DNA of 64,000 nucleotides, from contig CAZYBS010000001.1 in NCBI GenBank assembly GCA_964645245.1, positions 526 to 64,525 of the forward strand, in the 5' to 3' direction. Within the stretch, counting starts at the first letter, position 1; each line of letters opens with the position of its first letter. Positions 28,515 through 38,215 of this stretch are shown here, one piece after another. This DNA is from an uncultured Candidatus Saccharibacteria bacterium (lineage in GTDB: Bacteria > Patescibacteriota > Minisyncoccia > Phycocordibacterales > UBA9973). Under the pieces are notes generated by a model. It did no database searches, was not told the origin of the DNA, and saw nothing but the letters and a program-made list of their open reading frames with translations. The translations under genes and the position numbers were made by a program.

Positions 28515-29132
28515 ATGTCCCAGCTTCAATACAACGAAATTCGAGAGAAAAAAATAATAATTTACAACGGCGAGCCATGCGAAGTGGTAGAGAGCCACGT
28601 CGCGCGGACGCAACAGAGGAAACCGCAAAATCAGGTAAAACTCAAAAGCTTGATTTCCGGCAGGACCATCGCCGCCACTTTTCATGTCTCTGAATCGGCT
28701 GATGAAGCGGATATTATAAAGCGTGATATTACTTTTTTGTATCACAACAAACCTGCCCGCAATGCTTCGCATAGCGATGCGGGCGGGGGTGAATATTGGT
28801 TCTGCGACCCGCAAGACAAAAGTGACAGATTCAAACTTGATGCCATACTTATCGGCGAAGGAGCTAAATTCTTAAAACAAAACGGAAACGTTACAGCCCT
28901 AGTTTGGGAAAATGAAGAAGAAAATGAAAAAATTATAAAGGTAACCCTGCCGATTAAAATGGAATTTAAAGTAAAAGAGGCTCCACCGGCTGTCCGCGGA
29001 GACACATCTAAATCAGGCATGAAAGTTATCACTCTTGAAAACGGTGCAACCCTCAACGCCCCGATGTTCATAAACGGAGGAGATGTCATCCGCGTTAATA
29101 CGGAGACCGGAGAATATGTGGAGCGAGTTTAA
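28515..29132 (+). CDS. efp: elongation factor P
   Basis: 205 aa, three-domain EF-P layout with conserved KPxxxxVKLK region; loop insertion PARNASHSDAGG from a family-3 palindrome. Confidence 0.9.
   Translation: MSQLQYNEIREKKIIIYNGEPCEVVESHVARTQQRKPQNQVKLKSLISGRTIAATFHVSESADEADIIKRDITFLYHNKPARNASHSDAGGGEYWFCDPQDKSDRFKLDAILIGEGAKFLKQNGNVTALVWENEEENEKIIKVTLPIKMEFKVKEAPPAVRGDTSKSGMKVITLENGATLNAPMFINGGDVIRVNTETGEYVERV
28752..28787. repeat. family-3 palindrome in-frame in efp
   Basis: cctgcccgcaatgcttcgcatagcgatgcgggcggg. Confidence 0.75.
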
Positions 29133-29192
29133 ATGAGCGAGACCCTGAGTACATTGAAGGGTGGAGCGAGTCTAATTTATAAAACTTAATTT

Positions 29193-29579
29193 TTATACAT
29201 CAAGACCCAATTGTTGGGCCCTCGCTTTAATTTCCGCTAAGGCTTTTGTAAATAATTCTATATCTTTAACATGTTTTATTGTTTCATCTCTCGCAAGAGA
29301 TCGAGTCACTAATTCAATCATTAAAATAAATTCGGGGGCAATTTCTTCATTGGATTTTTTAGGACCAAAAAATACCCCAAGCAGAATTTTGAGTGGACCC
29401 AAAATACTATCTTCTGCAATTTGTATATCTAGGGCGACATCTGAATATTTTCTCGACCGAGACAATTGCAGAGCTTCAGAAAATTGCTCGCTGGTAAAAT
29501 GCAAACTCATATCTTGAATACGCTGAAGCACCGGAGATAACTTTTCAGGCTGGGGGAATCTTACTATTTCTTTTACCAT
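29193..29579 (-). CDS. hypothetical protein
   Basis: 128-aa ORF between efp and rpsR, no recognisable motifs. Confidence 0.35.
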   Translation of the reverse strand: MVKEIVRFPQPEKLSPVLQRIQDMSLHFTSEQFSEALQLSRSRKYSDVALDIQIAEDSILGPLKILLGVFFGPKKSNEEIAPEFILMIELVTRSLARDETIKHVKDIELFTKALAEIKARAQQLGLDV

Positions 29580-29584
29580 AAATT

Positions 29585-29785
29585 TTATTTCACCACAAAA
29601 GGAAGCAAGCCTAAAAATCTCGCGTGTTTGATGGCGGAAGTCAAAGCGCGCTGATTTTTAGCAGTAACGCCGGTGCGCTTATGGCCCATGATTTTGCCAT
29701 TAGGATTTAGAAATTTCTTCAGGATTTCAATATCCTTATAGTCTATGTATTTTATGTTATTGGCTGAAAAGTAATCTTGCTTCAT
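29585..29785 (-). CDS. rpsR: 30S ribosomal protein S18
   Basis: 66 aa, GKIMGHKRTGVTAKNQRALTSAIKHARFLGLLPF. Confidence 0.85.
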   Translation of the reverse strand: MKQDYFSANNIKYIDYKDIEILKKFLNPNGKIMGHKRTGVTAKNQRALTSAIKHARFLGLLPFVVK

Positions 29786-29804
29786 AGCTGTGTGTTTTTA
29801 TTTG

Positions 29805-30254
29805 CTAAAAAGGAATGTCTTCAGGATTAATATCTTCTTCCGGATATTCTATGCTATCGACTTCTTCACTTTTATTGCTTGAATCTTTCAGTGCATTTTG
29901 AGCTCCCGTAGTTCCTCCGCCACTTCCTTTGGGACCAAACTGGGTGCGGTCGGCTATCACCTCCGTACGATACTTTTTTTCTCCACTGGTCTTATCATCC
30001 CAACTCCTTGTTTGCATCCTGCCTTCCACTAAAATGGAAGACCCTTTCTTCATGTACTGCGCAACTGTCTCGGCTTGACGTCCGAATACTACGACATTGT
30101 GATAGTCAGCTGCTTCCTGGCGCACGCCATTTTTATCTTTCCAAACGCGATTGGTGGCTAGGGAAAATGAACAAACTTTAACTCCTGTCGTCGTCGAGCG
30201 AAGTTCCGGATCCCGGGTTAAATTTCCTATTAATATTACTTTGTTTAAATACAT
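29805..30254 (-). CDS. ssb: single-stranded DNA-binding protein
   Basis: OB-fold N-terminus, Gly-rich linker, acidic C-terminal tail ending DIPF. Confidence 0.9.
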   Translation of the reverse strand: MYLNKVILIGNLTRDPELRSTTTGVKVCSFSLATNRVWKDKNGVRQEAADYHNVVVFGRQAETVAQYMKKGSSILVEGRMQTRSWDDKTSGEKKYRTEVIADRTQFGPKGSGGGTTGAQNALKDSSNKSEEVDSIEYPEEDINPEDIPF

Positions 30255-30276
30255 AATTTTAAAAGACTAATAATAA

Positions 30277-30768
30277 TTATACTGCAACTAATGCGTCTAT
30301 TTCTTTATCTATCTCTTCTTTATTTATAGGGACGGCTATTTCATTTTCGGTATGCTTTCTCATGACTGGCCTTTTATATTCTCCACGTACAAATCTTTTT
30401 GCCGCAATAGTATTTTCTCTGACTGTTTTTAAGAGCAGAAATCGAATAAAGTTCGGATCAAGGTCAAGATGCCTCTTCAATTCCAAAATCGCTTCTGGAT
30501 TCATTATAAATTTAGTCCAACCAAAATACGCCGTGTTAAATTTATTGCGTACATTGGATGTCACTTTTTTCATAGAATAAGCAAGTGTAGTCATCCTGGG
30601 CATTTCATCCGTTATAATCTCACCCCCAAAAGATGAGACAAGTTCTTTAAGATTACCATAACTAACTGGCACATCTTCCTGCCCAATTGTAGGCACCAAA
30701 AGATAACCAAGCTCATAGACTTGCTTGTCATTTTTATTATTTTCTGCCCCACTATCCATATCTTGCAT
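30277..30768 (-). CDS. rpsF: 30S ribosomal protein S6 (with C-terminal extension)
   Basis: YELGYLLVP... S6-like N-terminal domain; canonical rpsF-ssb-rpsR arrangement. Confidence 0.75.
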   Translation of the reverse strand: MQDMDSGAENNKNDKQVYELGYLLVPTIGQEDVPVSYGNLKELVSSFGGEIITDEMPRMTTLAYSMKKVTSNVRNKFNTAYFGWTKFIMNPEAILELKRHLDLDPNFIRFLLLKTVRENTIAAKRFVRGEYKRPVMRKHTENEIAVPINKEEIDKEIDALVAV

Positions 30769-30792
30769 GAATTACATATTAACAAAAAGCCG

Positions 30793-31650
30793 CTAAATTG
30801 TAAATACTCGCTGGGCATTTGCAATCAAAGCTTGCGCAACTTCGTCTTCCGGCAGATTTTTAATCTCGGCAGTTTTTTTGACGACTTCTTTTACATAAGA
30901 GGGTTCATTACGTTTGCCTCGGTGTGGTACAGGAGTGACATACGGAGAATCTGTCTCAGACATAATCATATCAAGCGGCGTATTTCTGATAACTTCATCG
31001 TAGTCCCGGGTAAATGTAATGACCCCGGTAAAAGAAAGAGTAAAACCAAAATCCAAAAAACTTTTTGCTTCCTCCCAAGTCCCGGCAAAAAAATGCACAT
31101 TGCCTTTAACTTGAGCATAAGTCTTTAGAATTTCTAGAGCATCACTATAAGCCCGCCCGAACGACTGTTCAGTCGGGCGGGCATTGCGAATATGAAGCAT
31201 CAAGGGTTTATTAAATTCATTGGCCAGTTCTATTTGCTGTATAAAAGCTTCTTTTTGTTTTAATATTGACTCTTCGGTGCAACGATAATAATCCAACCCG
31301 CACTCGCCTATTCCGACTATTTTTTCATTTGCTTTTTTGTCTTTTAAAAGTTCTCGGTAAGATTCTTTATCAAAAACTTCTCCGCGCGAGGTAAATTCTT
31401 TTCCGCCAACACCTAACTCCTTTTCATCGTGATACGACACTCCAGTATGTATCGGGTGCAGTCCGATAATCGCATACACGCCTTCTTTATACTGATTGGC
31501 CATTTTCACCGCTTTTCTTGAAGTATCCATTTGCGTACCGACATTTATCACCCAGGTATTATTTTCCAAGGCGCGCTTAATCACCTCATCTCTATCTTCA
31601 TCAAAGGCCTTAAAATTAACATGGCTATGTATATCTATGTATTTGGGCAT
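30793..31650 (-). CDS. tatD: TatD-family metal-dependent hydrolase/DNase
   Basis: N-terminal IDIHSHVNF, TIM-barrel metal ligands; in-frame family-2 palindrome insertion (NARPTEQSFGRAYS). Confidence 0.85.
   Translation of the reverse strand: MPKYIDIHSHVNFKAFDEDRDEVIKRALENNTWVINVGTQMDTSRKAVKMANQYKEGVYAIIGLHPIHTGVSYHDEKELGVGGKEFTSRGEVFDKESYRELLKDKKANEKIVGIGECGLDYYRCTEESILKQKEAFIQQIELANEFNKPLMLHIRNARPTEQSFGRAYSDALEILKTYAQVKGNVHFFAGTWEEAKSFLDFGFTLSFTGVITFTRDYDEVIRNTPLDMIMSETDSPYVTPVPHRGKRNEPSYVKEVVKKTAEIKNLPEDEVAQALIANAQRVFTI
31152..31181. repeat. family-2 30-bp palindrome in-frame in tatD
   Basis: cccgcccgaacgactgttcagtcgggcggg (identical 30-mer). Confidence 0.85.
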
Positions 31651-31654
31651 AAAT

Positions 31655-32197
31655 TTATATAATTAAATCATTATGGGTATACCCCATTTCCCTGAGTTTG
31701 ATATAAAGCGGTAAAAGTAATACTACCTCTTTTTTGGGATCGTGTTTATGATGATCCTTAGCTATCATGGCTATATATTCCTTTAGCTCTTGTTTGTCTA
31801 TGTTTGTTTCTTTAATGGCTTGCTCAACACTTTTCAGAAAATCATCATCTGTTTCTTCCCACCTTCTCTTACTAAAACCTCTTTCTTTTCTTCTGGCTTC
31901 TTCGTCTTTATCTGGCCGTAAGTACCATTCTTTCCATTTTTTACCTCTGTCCTCAAGAACTTGTTCTAAACTTCTGTTACCTCTTCCTAACCTAGCTGTA
32001 TGTTCACGAGCATCTTTTCCTGAAGTTGCAGGTAATCTTGTATAAAAATTATTCATATAATAGTCAGCTCTCATTTCAGGAGTCCACTGCTCTTCAGATT
32101 TATGTGAAGGTCGCTCCTGGGCATTAATTTCGGCCCATATAATTTTTTCCATAGACTTTTCGGGCTTCTTAGGTTGCTGTGGTGGTTTTGGTTCCAT
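31655..32197 (-). CDS. hypothetical protein (charged, Lys/Glu-rich)
   Basis: 180-aa ORF, no recognisable domain. Confidence 0.4.
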   Translation of the reverse strand: MEPKPPQQPKKPEKSMEKIIWAEINAQERPSHKSEEQWTPEMRADYYMNNFYTRLPATSGKDAREHTARLGRGNRSLEQVLEDRGKKWKEWYLRPDKDEEARRKERGFSKRRWEETDDDFLKSVEQAIKETNIDKQELKEYIAMIAKDHHKHDPKKEVVLLLPLYIKLREMGYTHNDLII

Positions 32198-32246
32198 ATA
32201 TTTTATATTCCTTACAGAGGTTTAACCTCTGTATTGTATTATTAAT

Positions 32247-33728
32247 TTAGTCCTTGCGGGGGAATAATGGAGTTTCGGGCATCTTATTTTCTTTTACTAA
32301 GTTAATTATTCTTTGAGATGTATGAGGAAGCAGTGGTCTAAGCATTCTCCCAACTCTAAAAAGTGATGCTAATAGTTGTTCTATGTCTTTTTTTGCTTGA
32401 TCAGGATTTATTTTTATTTTCTTGAAGGGCTCTTCTGCCTGTATATATGCATCAAGATAAGTAGTATAGGCCATAACTTCCTCAACACCTTTATTAAAAT
32501 AATATTTATTTAAATGTTGACCTAATCTATCTTCCTGAGGCAAAATCTCTGGCTCTTTCTCTAGGAAAACATTATTACTTACTGCCATTTTCATTATTCT
32601 TGAGACTAAATTCCCCAAACCATTTGCCAGATTTGCATTGTAGGCGTCCTTAAATCTTTCCATCGTAAACGGACTGTCTTCAAAAGGAGAAATCTCGCGC
32701 AAGAGAAAATAGCGCAGAGCATCCGTGCCGTATTCTTTTACAATTTCTCCTGGAGAAATTACATTGCCGAGGGACTTGGACATTTTAATCCCGCCCTCGC
32801 TGGTAATGAAACCGTGATAGACAACTCTGTCGGTTGTCGGCAGGCCTGCCGACATGAGCATCCCCTGCCACATGACTGACTGAAATTTCACCATATCTTT
32901 GCCGGCAGTTTGGACCGTTTCCCCATCCTGCCAAAATTTTTCAAACAGATTTTCTTTTTCATCCGGTTTACCCGCCGTAGCTTTAGCGGAGGCGGGCCAG
33001 CCCAAGGTGGAAATATAATTTATCAGAGCGTCAAACCAAACATACATGACCTGCGTATCGTCCCCGGGTATTGGTATACCCCAAGAAAAACGTTTTTTAT
33101 CGCGGGAGATTGAAAAATCTTCCATTCCATCTTGCACGAAATCAATTGCTTCCTTCCTGCGCCACTCCGGAATGATTACTTTCTCATTTGATAGATAGTC
33201 TAGAAGTTGCTTTTTATAATTTCCTAATCTAAAAAAATAATTTTCTTCTTCAACGACTTCAGGCTCTTGAGTCGGATGAAGTGAGCACTTACTATTCACA
33301 AGGTCTCTCTCTGTAATAAATTTTTCACACCCGACACAATAAAGCCCTCTATAAATCTTTTTATAAATGTCCCCCTTTTTATCACAAAGACGCCAAAATT
33401 CTTGCGCCGCTTTGATATGCTCTTTACTGGTTGTTCTGATAAAATTATTATAAGAAAGATTCAAGATGTCTTTAAGATCGAGAAATTTTTGCGCATAATG
33501 ATCAACATAATCTTGAATATCTTTGCCTTCTTTTTGACTTGCTTCCCAAATCTTTTGGCCGTATTCATCCGTGCCGGTACTAAAAAAAACGTCTTTGCCC
33601 GTCAGGCGCTGATAGCGCGCAATGGCATCGGACTGCACTAATTCAAGCGCAAAACCAATATGAGGCTCCGCATTTACATAGGGAATCGTTGTCGTAATGA
33701 AGAAAGGTTTTTTTTCATTGCTCGTCAT
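32247..33728 (-). CDS. metG: methionyl-tRNA synthetase
   Basis: class I HIGH-like region (PYVNAEPHIGF) and KMSKSLGN motif. Confidence 0.9.
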   Translation of the reverse strand: MTSNEKKPFFITTTIPYVNAEPHIGFALELVQSDAIARYQRLTGKDVFFSTGTDEYGQKIWEASQKEGKDIQDYVDHYAQKFLDLKDILNLSYNNFIRTTSKEHIKAAQEFWRLCDKKGDIYKKIYRGLYCVGCEKFITERDLVNSKCSLHPTQEPEVVEEENYFFRLGNYKKQLLDYLSNEKVIIPEWRRKEAIDFVQDGMEDFSISRDKKRFSWGIPIPGDDTQVMYVWFDALINYISTLGWPASAKATAGKPDEKENLFEKFWQDGETVQTAGKDMVKFQSVMWQGMLMSAGLPTTDRVVYHGFITSEGGIKMSKSLGNVISPGEIVKEYGTDALRYFLLREISPFEDSPFTMERFKDAYNANLANGLGNLVSRIMKMAVSNNVFLEKEPEILPQEDRLGQHLNKYYFNKGVEEVMAYTTYLDAYIQAEEPFKKIKINPDQAKKDIEQLLASLFRVGRMLRPLLPHTSQRIINLVKENKMPETPLFPRKD

Positions 33729-33738
33729 TATTTATCTA

Positions 33739-34812
33739 TTATTTGTTGCTGGTTCGGGCTAAGGTTTTATCTTTTTCAATGTCACTCAAAAATTCCATGA
33801 CAATGACCGCCACCGGAATAGCCAGCACCACTCCCCAGAATCCGCCCAATTCGAAACCAATCAAAGCGGATAAAATTATGACAATTGGCGAAAGACCCAC
33901 TATTTTTTTAATAATCAGCGGAGCAAAAAGGAAAACTTCAAATTGATGAACAATTACATAAGCTCCGGTGACCATAAGTGCGCTTCCGATCCCTCCGGAA
34001 AGATAAGAAAAAGTAAAAGCGGGAATCAGGGCGACTAAAATACCATAAGGCACAAGTTCCATTATTCCCGCAATAATGGAAAGAAGCAGGGCATATTCTA
34101 TGCCTAAAAGAGAGAGCACCAAATAAATGAGGACGGCCACCACCAAACCCAAGACCACTTGCCCTTTCATCCATAACGCAATTTTGCGACGTGAGCGTTC
34201 CCACAGGTCTACCACATAATCATCGTATTGAATAGGCACAATGATTCGAAGGAAATTTTCTATTCCCCTTTCTTGGATTGAAAGATAAAAAGAAATAAGA
34301 ATAATTAATATAAAATTGAAAATACCTCCGAAGGCGACAGAAAGCGTTTGGAAAAATCCCCCCGAAAGATTCAAGACAAAAGCTTTGGATACTGAAAATA
34401 GTGTGGTGAGTGAAAAATTACTTGAAAGATTACTGACTATATCTTTAGCGCCAGAGAAGGCTTCATTTTGAAAATAATTCAAGAAAGAGACACCCGGAAT
34501 ATAAGTCGAGATAAAACTGGAAAAGTTATAAATTTCGGTTATTAAAAGCGGAGCAAAAAGATAAAATATCCCGGCTAAAACAAAAAGTGACATAGCATAC
34601 AAAATCACAATTCCAAATACTCGATTGATTCCTATTTTTCTAAAATGGGGAACAGCTGATTCTACAAATGAAGCGATTACAATGGAGGTCAAAACTATCA
34701 GGACTAAATCCCGTAAATACCACAATAAAAATACACCCAAAGCAAGTAAAACGGCTCGGACCATTGTGTCGGTGGATATGGAAATAGAAGTGATATTGTT
34801 CTTTTCAAACAT
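33739..34812 (-). CDS. AI-2E family (UPF0118/PerM-like) transporter
   Basis: 357 aa, ~8 TM helices with typical PerM-like topology. Confidence 0.6.
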   Translation of the reverse strand: MFEKNNITSISISTDTMVRAVLLALGVFLLWYLRDLVLIVLTSIVIASFVESAVPHFRKIGINRVFGIVILYAMSLFVLAGIFYLFAPLLITEIYNFSSFISTYIPGVSFLNYFQNEAFSGAKDIVSNLSSNFSLTTLFSVSKAFVLNLSGGFFQTLSVAFGGIFNFILIILISFYLSIQERGIENFLRIIVPIQYDDYVVDLWERSRRKIALWMKGQVVLGLVVAVLIYLVLSLLGIEYALLLSIIAGIMELVPYGILVALIPAFTFSYLSGGIGSALMVTGAYVIVHQFEVFLFAPLIIKKIVGLSPIVIILSALIGFELGGFWGVVLAIPVAVIVMEFLSDIEKDKTLARTSNK

Positions 34813-34833
34813 AGAAATACTATATCACAAAAC

Positions 34834-34883
34834 ACACCCCTCCCCAACCCTCCCCTTATTAAGGGGAGGGCGAAGGGTGAGGT
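34834..34883. repeat. family-1 GC palindrome, intergenic, opposite orientation
   Basis: cacccctccccaaccctccccttattaaggggagggcgaagggtgagg. Confidence 0.8.
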
Positions 34884-34887
34884 GAAT

Positions 34888-36156
34888 TTAAAATTTTAGT
34901 ATTTTCAAAAATTTAGCCTTCTCTTTGAAGGGCCCGATGAGGGCCAGATTGAGCTTTTTGTTTTTAAAAATATTGTTTGCCAGGTTTTGGATTTGGCTGG
35001 CTGTGACTTTACGTATTTCATTGGCCTTTTCTTCGGCTCCTTTGATTTCGCGTTTCAAAAGTTCTTGCCCGCCGTAAAAATTAGCAATGTCATCGCTGGA
35101 CTCCAGAGAGAGTTTCATATTGCCAATCAGGCACTCTTTGACTTTCTCTAATTCTTCTTTTCCAACTTTATAACTCTTTAATTTTCTGCATTCTTCCAGT
35201 ACTGCTTGCACAACTTCATTTATTCTTTTATTATCCACCCCGGCCGAAATTTGCAAAAATCCGTGGTCAGTATAAGCGTCGCTGTAAGCGCGAACATAGT
35301 AGCCAACACCCATCTCTTCACGAAGCTTGACGAAAAGGCGAGAGCTCATTCCCGCGCCTAGGACTCCGCCGAGCACGGAGAGAATTGCATTTTTCTTATT
35401 AAATAAATTGAAACTCCTCACCCCTAAAACAAGATGCGTTTGGTCTGTCTTTTTAAAATTAATTAAGGCGCATGGCTTTTTTTGTCTTTCTTTTACTCTT
35501 ATTTTATGACTCTTCCTGCCGCGCGGAACTCTGCTGAAAATTTTATTTACCTCTTTCATTACTTCTTTTTGTTTTACTTGCCCGGCGACTATTAATACGG
35601 TAGCTTCCGGCAGATAGTGTCTCTTTTTATAATTAACAAAATCAGCAGTTTTCATATTCAAAATATTTTTCTTTTCACCGGCAACATTCCAACCAGCTGG
35701 CTGATTTCCGTAAAGCAATTTCATAAATAAATCTTGCACATGTCTTTGCGGCATATCTTCATACATATTTATCTCTTCTATAATCACGCCTTTTTCTTTT
35801 TGCATCTCGGCGTCAGGAAAAGTGGAATTTAGATATATATCCGACACAACGTCGAAAATCTGCCGGAAATGCCGAGCACCGGATTTGGCATAATATCCCG
35901 TATATTCTTGCGCGGTAAAAGCATTGTATTGACTTCCGAGCGCGTCTAATTCTTTTGAAATATCAACGGCTTTTGGCCTTTTGGCTGTGCCTTTGAAACA
36001 CATATGCTCTAAAAAATGAGAAATACCATTCACCTTTTTTTCTTCGTATTTTGACCCCGCCTCTACTAAGACCAAGACCGTCACCGTCGGATTGTCTTTC
36101 ATCGGTACGGTGATAACTCTTAAACCATTCTTTAAAACTCTTTTTGAGAATTTCAT
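34888..36156 (-). CDS. M16 family (insulinase-like) zinc peptidase
   Basis: HxxEH inverted zinc motif HFLEHMCFKGT; start set at MKFSKRV behind an extended -10 (tggtataat). Confidence 0.75.
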   Translation of the reverse strand: MKFSKRVLKNGLRVITVPMKDNPTVTVLVLVEAGSKYEEKKVNGISHFLEHMCFKGTAKRPKAVDISKELDALGSQYNAFTAQEYTGYYAKSGARHFRQIFDVVSDIYLNSTFPDAEMQKEKGVIIEEINMYEDMPQRHVQDLFMKLLYGNQPAGWNVAGEKKNILNMKTADFVNYKKRHYLPEATVLIVAGQVKQKEVMKEVNKIFSRVPRGRKSHKIRVKERQKKPCALINFKKTDQTHLVLGVRSFNLFNKKNAILSVLGGVLGAGMSSRLFVKLREEMGVGYYVRAYSDAYTDHGFLQISAGVDNKRINEVVQAVLEECRKLKSYKVGKEELEKVKECLIGNMKLSLESSDDIANFYGGQELLKREIKGAEEKANEIRKVTASQIQNLANNIFKNKKLNLALIGPFKEKAKFLKILKF

Positions 36157-36203
36157 AATGAATATTATACCAGAATTTTTTGTCCAACTCAAATTTACCA
36201 GAA

Positions 36204-36233
36204 CTACGCTATAGCGTAGGCTATGTAAATAAA
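36204..36233. promoter_or_regulatory. putative operator: 14-bp perfect palindrome TACGCTATAGCGTA plus tatgtaaata, upstream of M16 peptidase gene
   Basis: ctacgctatagcgtaggctatgtaaataaa; 28/32 match to the copy at 36870-36899. Confidence 0.5.
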
Positions 36234-36249
36234 GGAAATAACAAAAAAA

Positions 36250-36840
36250 CTAATAGTGTGCCAGTTTAAAATGTTTAATTAGGAAATTGTCATTTTCAAT
36301 TTTATCTGCTACTACATAGAGTACATCACGCCCAACTCTAAAATCTGCTTTCATTAAAGTAATAAAATCTTCACAATCATACGGATACACCCACACACTA
36401 TCCTGCAATCTTAGAAATTCCATTTTAAATAAATTGCGTCGGATTCTATCTCTGATATTTTTTCTTTTTTCTTTGACATCAAACATGAGTAATCTCCATT
36501 TTCCATCCCACCTTTTAGGTTTTTTAATCTGAAAACCATTAAATCTCAGTTGGCGCAGTTTATCTTGCCCCCTTAGGGTTAACCTAGCAAAATTTCCCCT
36601 TTCTGTTTTTTCAAAAACAATAAAACCGGCATTCTTTAACCGTGCCAATGATCTATTGAAGGAATATTTTCTATATTTGCTTTTCATAAAGTCGGGCTCA
36701 AATTGCGCCAAGACTTTTGTCATTTTCGGAGCTATTAAAGCAACACTTAAACCGCCTAGTGCAAAAATAGTGGACAGAATGGCTCTTTGTAGTTTTGCTC
36801 TTTTTTCTCTTTTTCGTACCTCTTGTTCTATGCTTCTCAT
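36250..36840 (-). CDS. hypothetical regulator-like protein: N-terminal winged-helix plus C-terminal Cas2/VapD-like segment (PaaX-like layout)
   Basis: C-terminal LLMFDVKEKRKNIRDRIRRNLFKMEFLRLQDSVWVYP follows the Cas2 pattern hydrophobic-x-DV...R-rich...RxQxSV; flanked on both sides by a TACGCTATAGCGTA palindrome. Confidence 0.4.
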   Translation of the reverse strand: MRSIEQEVRKREKRAKLQRAILSTIFALGGLSVALIAPKMTKVLAQFEPDFMKSKYRKYSFNRSLARLKNAGFIVFEKTERGNFARLTLRGQDKLRQLRFNGFQIKKPKRWDGKWRLLMFDVKEKRKNIRDRIRRNLFKMEFLRLQDSVWVYPYDCEDFITLMKADFRVGRDVLYVVADKIENDNFLIKHFKLAHY

Positions 36841-36869
36841 GTTTACTTATCTTACCATAATTTACTTAA

Positions 36870-36899
36870 CTTACGCTATAGCGTATCTTATGTAAATAT
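36870..36899. promoter_or_regulatory. putative operator, second copy, upstream of the wHTH/Cas2-like gene
   Basis: ttacgctatagcgtatcttatgtaaatatt. Confidence 0.5.
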
Positions 36900-36970
36900 T
36901 GGAATACTATTGAAACAATAGTTTTTAAGAGTTGAATGGTAACTTACCTTTGTATAATTCCAATTCTTTC

Positions 36971-38212
36971 TTAGATTTTTTCTTTTAGATAATTCTCTAA
37001 ATCAGTTATTTTTACTCGCTCTTGTTCCCCCGTGTCCCGGTCACGAACAGTCACGGTGTCATCAGTTAAAGTATCAAAGTCAACGACGATGCAAAACGGC
37101 GTGCCGATTTCGTCTTGTCGGCGGTAGCGTTTGCCGATGTTGCCATTGTCATCCCAAGCTACCCTGCCAAATTGCGCTTTTAGAGGAGTGTAAACTTTGG
37201 TATTGGCATACTCCACCAGCCCTGGTTTGTTTTTAAGCAGTGGCGAGACAGCACAAATAACTGGAGCAATATTTGGCTTTAATTTTAGATATTCTCTTAC
37301 TTCACCATCTTTTTTATCCTCGGCATAAGCGGACAATAATAGCGCCAAAACTGCGCGATCCACGCCAAAAGTCGGCTCTATTACATGAGGCACCATTTTC
37401 TCCCCTTCCTCTTCGTCAATGTATTCAAGCTTGTGATTGGTCAAATCAAAGTCTGCCCTATATGCCAAACCGAAAAGCTCTTTCCTGCCAAATGGATAAT
37501 CAAATTCAAAATCTACCGTTCTCTTTGAATAATGAGCACGGTCGGCGTCAGGCACTTCAAGCTCGTGCACTTTACCCATATCAAGACCGATTTCTTCCAT
37601 CCATTCAAGCATTTCACCTTTCCAGTATTCAAAATATTTCTCCCATTCAGTAGAACGAACAAAATATTCTATCTCCATTTGTTCAAATTCTCTTTGGCGA
37701 AAAAGAAAATCTCTGGGGGCTATTTCGTTTCGAAAAGCTTTGCCAATTTGTGCCAGACCGAAAGGGAGTTTAGGGTGAAAAGCATCCACGGTATTTTTAA
37801 AATTAACAAACATCCCCTGGGCTGTTTCTGGACGCAAGTAAGAAATACTAACTTCTTCTTTCTTTGCTCCAACCTCCGTTTTAAGCATAGTGTTGAACTG
37901 CTTGCCATCAAGTAAGTCTGCAAAATTAGCAACGTGGCCCGCTACTTCCCAGACTCTACTATTCATCAGTATCGCTGCATCAATGCCATACATATCACGC
38001 CTATTGTCTACAAATTTTTTCCACCAAGATTGCTTAATATTATTTTTAAAAGCTAAACCAAGATGTCCCCAATCATAAGTACCGGCAAATCCCCCGTAAA
38101 TTTCTGAACCTGGAAAAACAAATCCGCGCCTTTTGCACAGCGAAACTATTTTTTCCATTAGATTATTTTCTTCTGCATTATCTTTATTTTCTTTTTTATT
38201 TCTTTCTGACAT
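36971..38212 (-). CDS. glyS: glycyl-tRNA synthetase (alpha2 archaeal/eukaryote-type)
   Basis: class II GlyRS N-terminal sequence GFVFPGSEIYGGFAGTYDWGHLG; single-chain type. Confidence 0.85.
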   Translation of the reverse strand: MSERNKKENKDNAEENNLMEKIVSLCKRRGFVFPGSEIYGGFAGTYDWGHLGLAFKNNIKQSWWKKFVDNRRDMYGIDAAILMNSRVWEVAGHVANFADLLDGKQFNTMLKTEVGAKKEEVSISYLRPETAQGMFVNFKNTVDAFHPKLPFGLAQIGKAFRNEIAPRDFLFRQREFEQMEIEYFVRSTEWEKYFEYWKGEMLEWMEEIGLDMGKVHELEVPDADRAHYSKRTVDFEFDYPFGRKELFGLAYRADFDLTNHKLEYIDEEEGEKMVPHVIEPTFGVDRAVLALLLSAYAEDKKDGEVREYLKLKPNIAPVICAVSPLLKNKPGLVEYANTKVYTPLKAQFGRVAWDDNGNIGKRYRRQDEIGTPFCIVVDFDTLTDDTVTVRDRDTGEQERVKITDLENYLKEKI

Positions 38213-38215
38213 ACG

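Noticed and set aside
28437-28814. 125-aa minus-strand ORF overlapping efp
   Set aside because: Fully embedded antisense to a well-supported efp gene; no conserved features.
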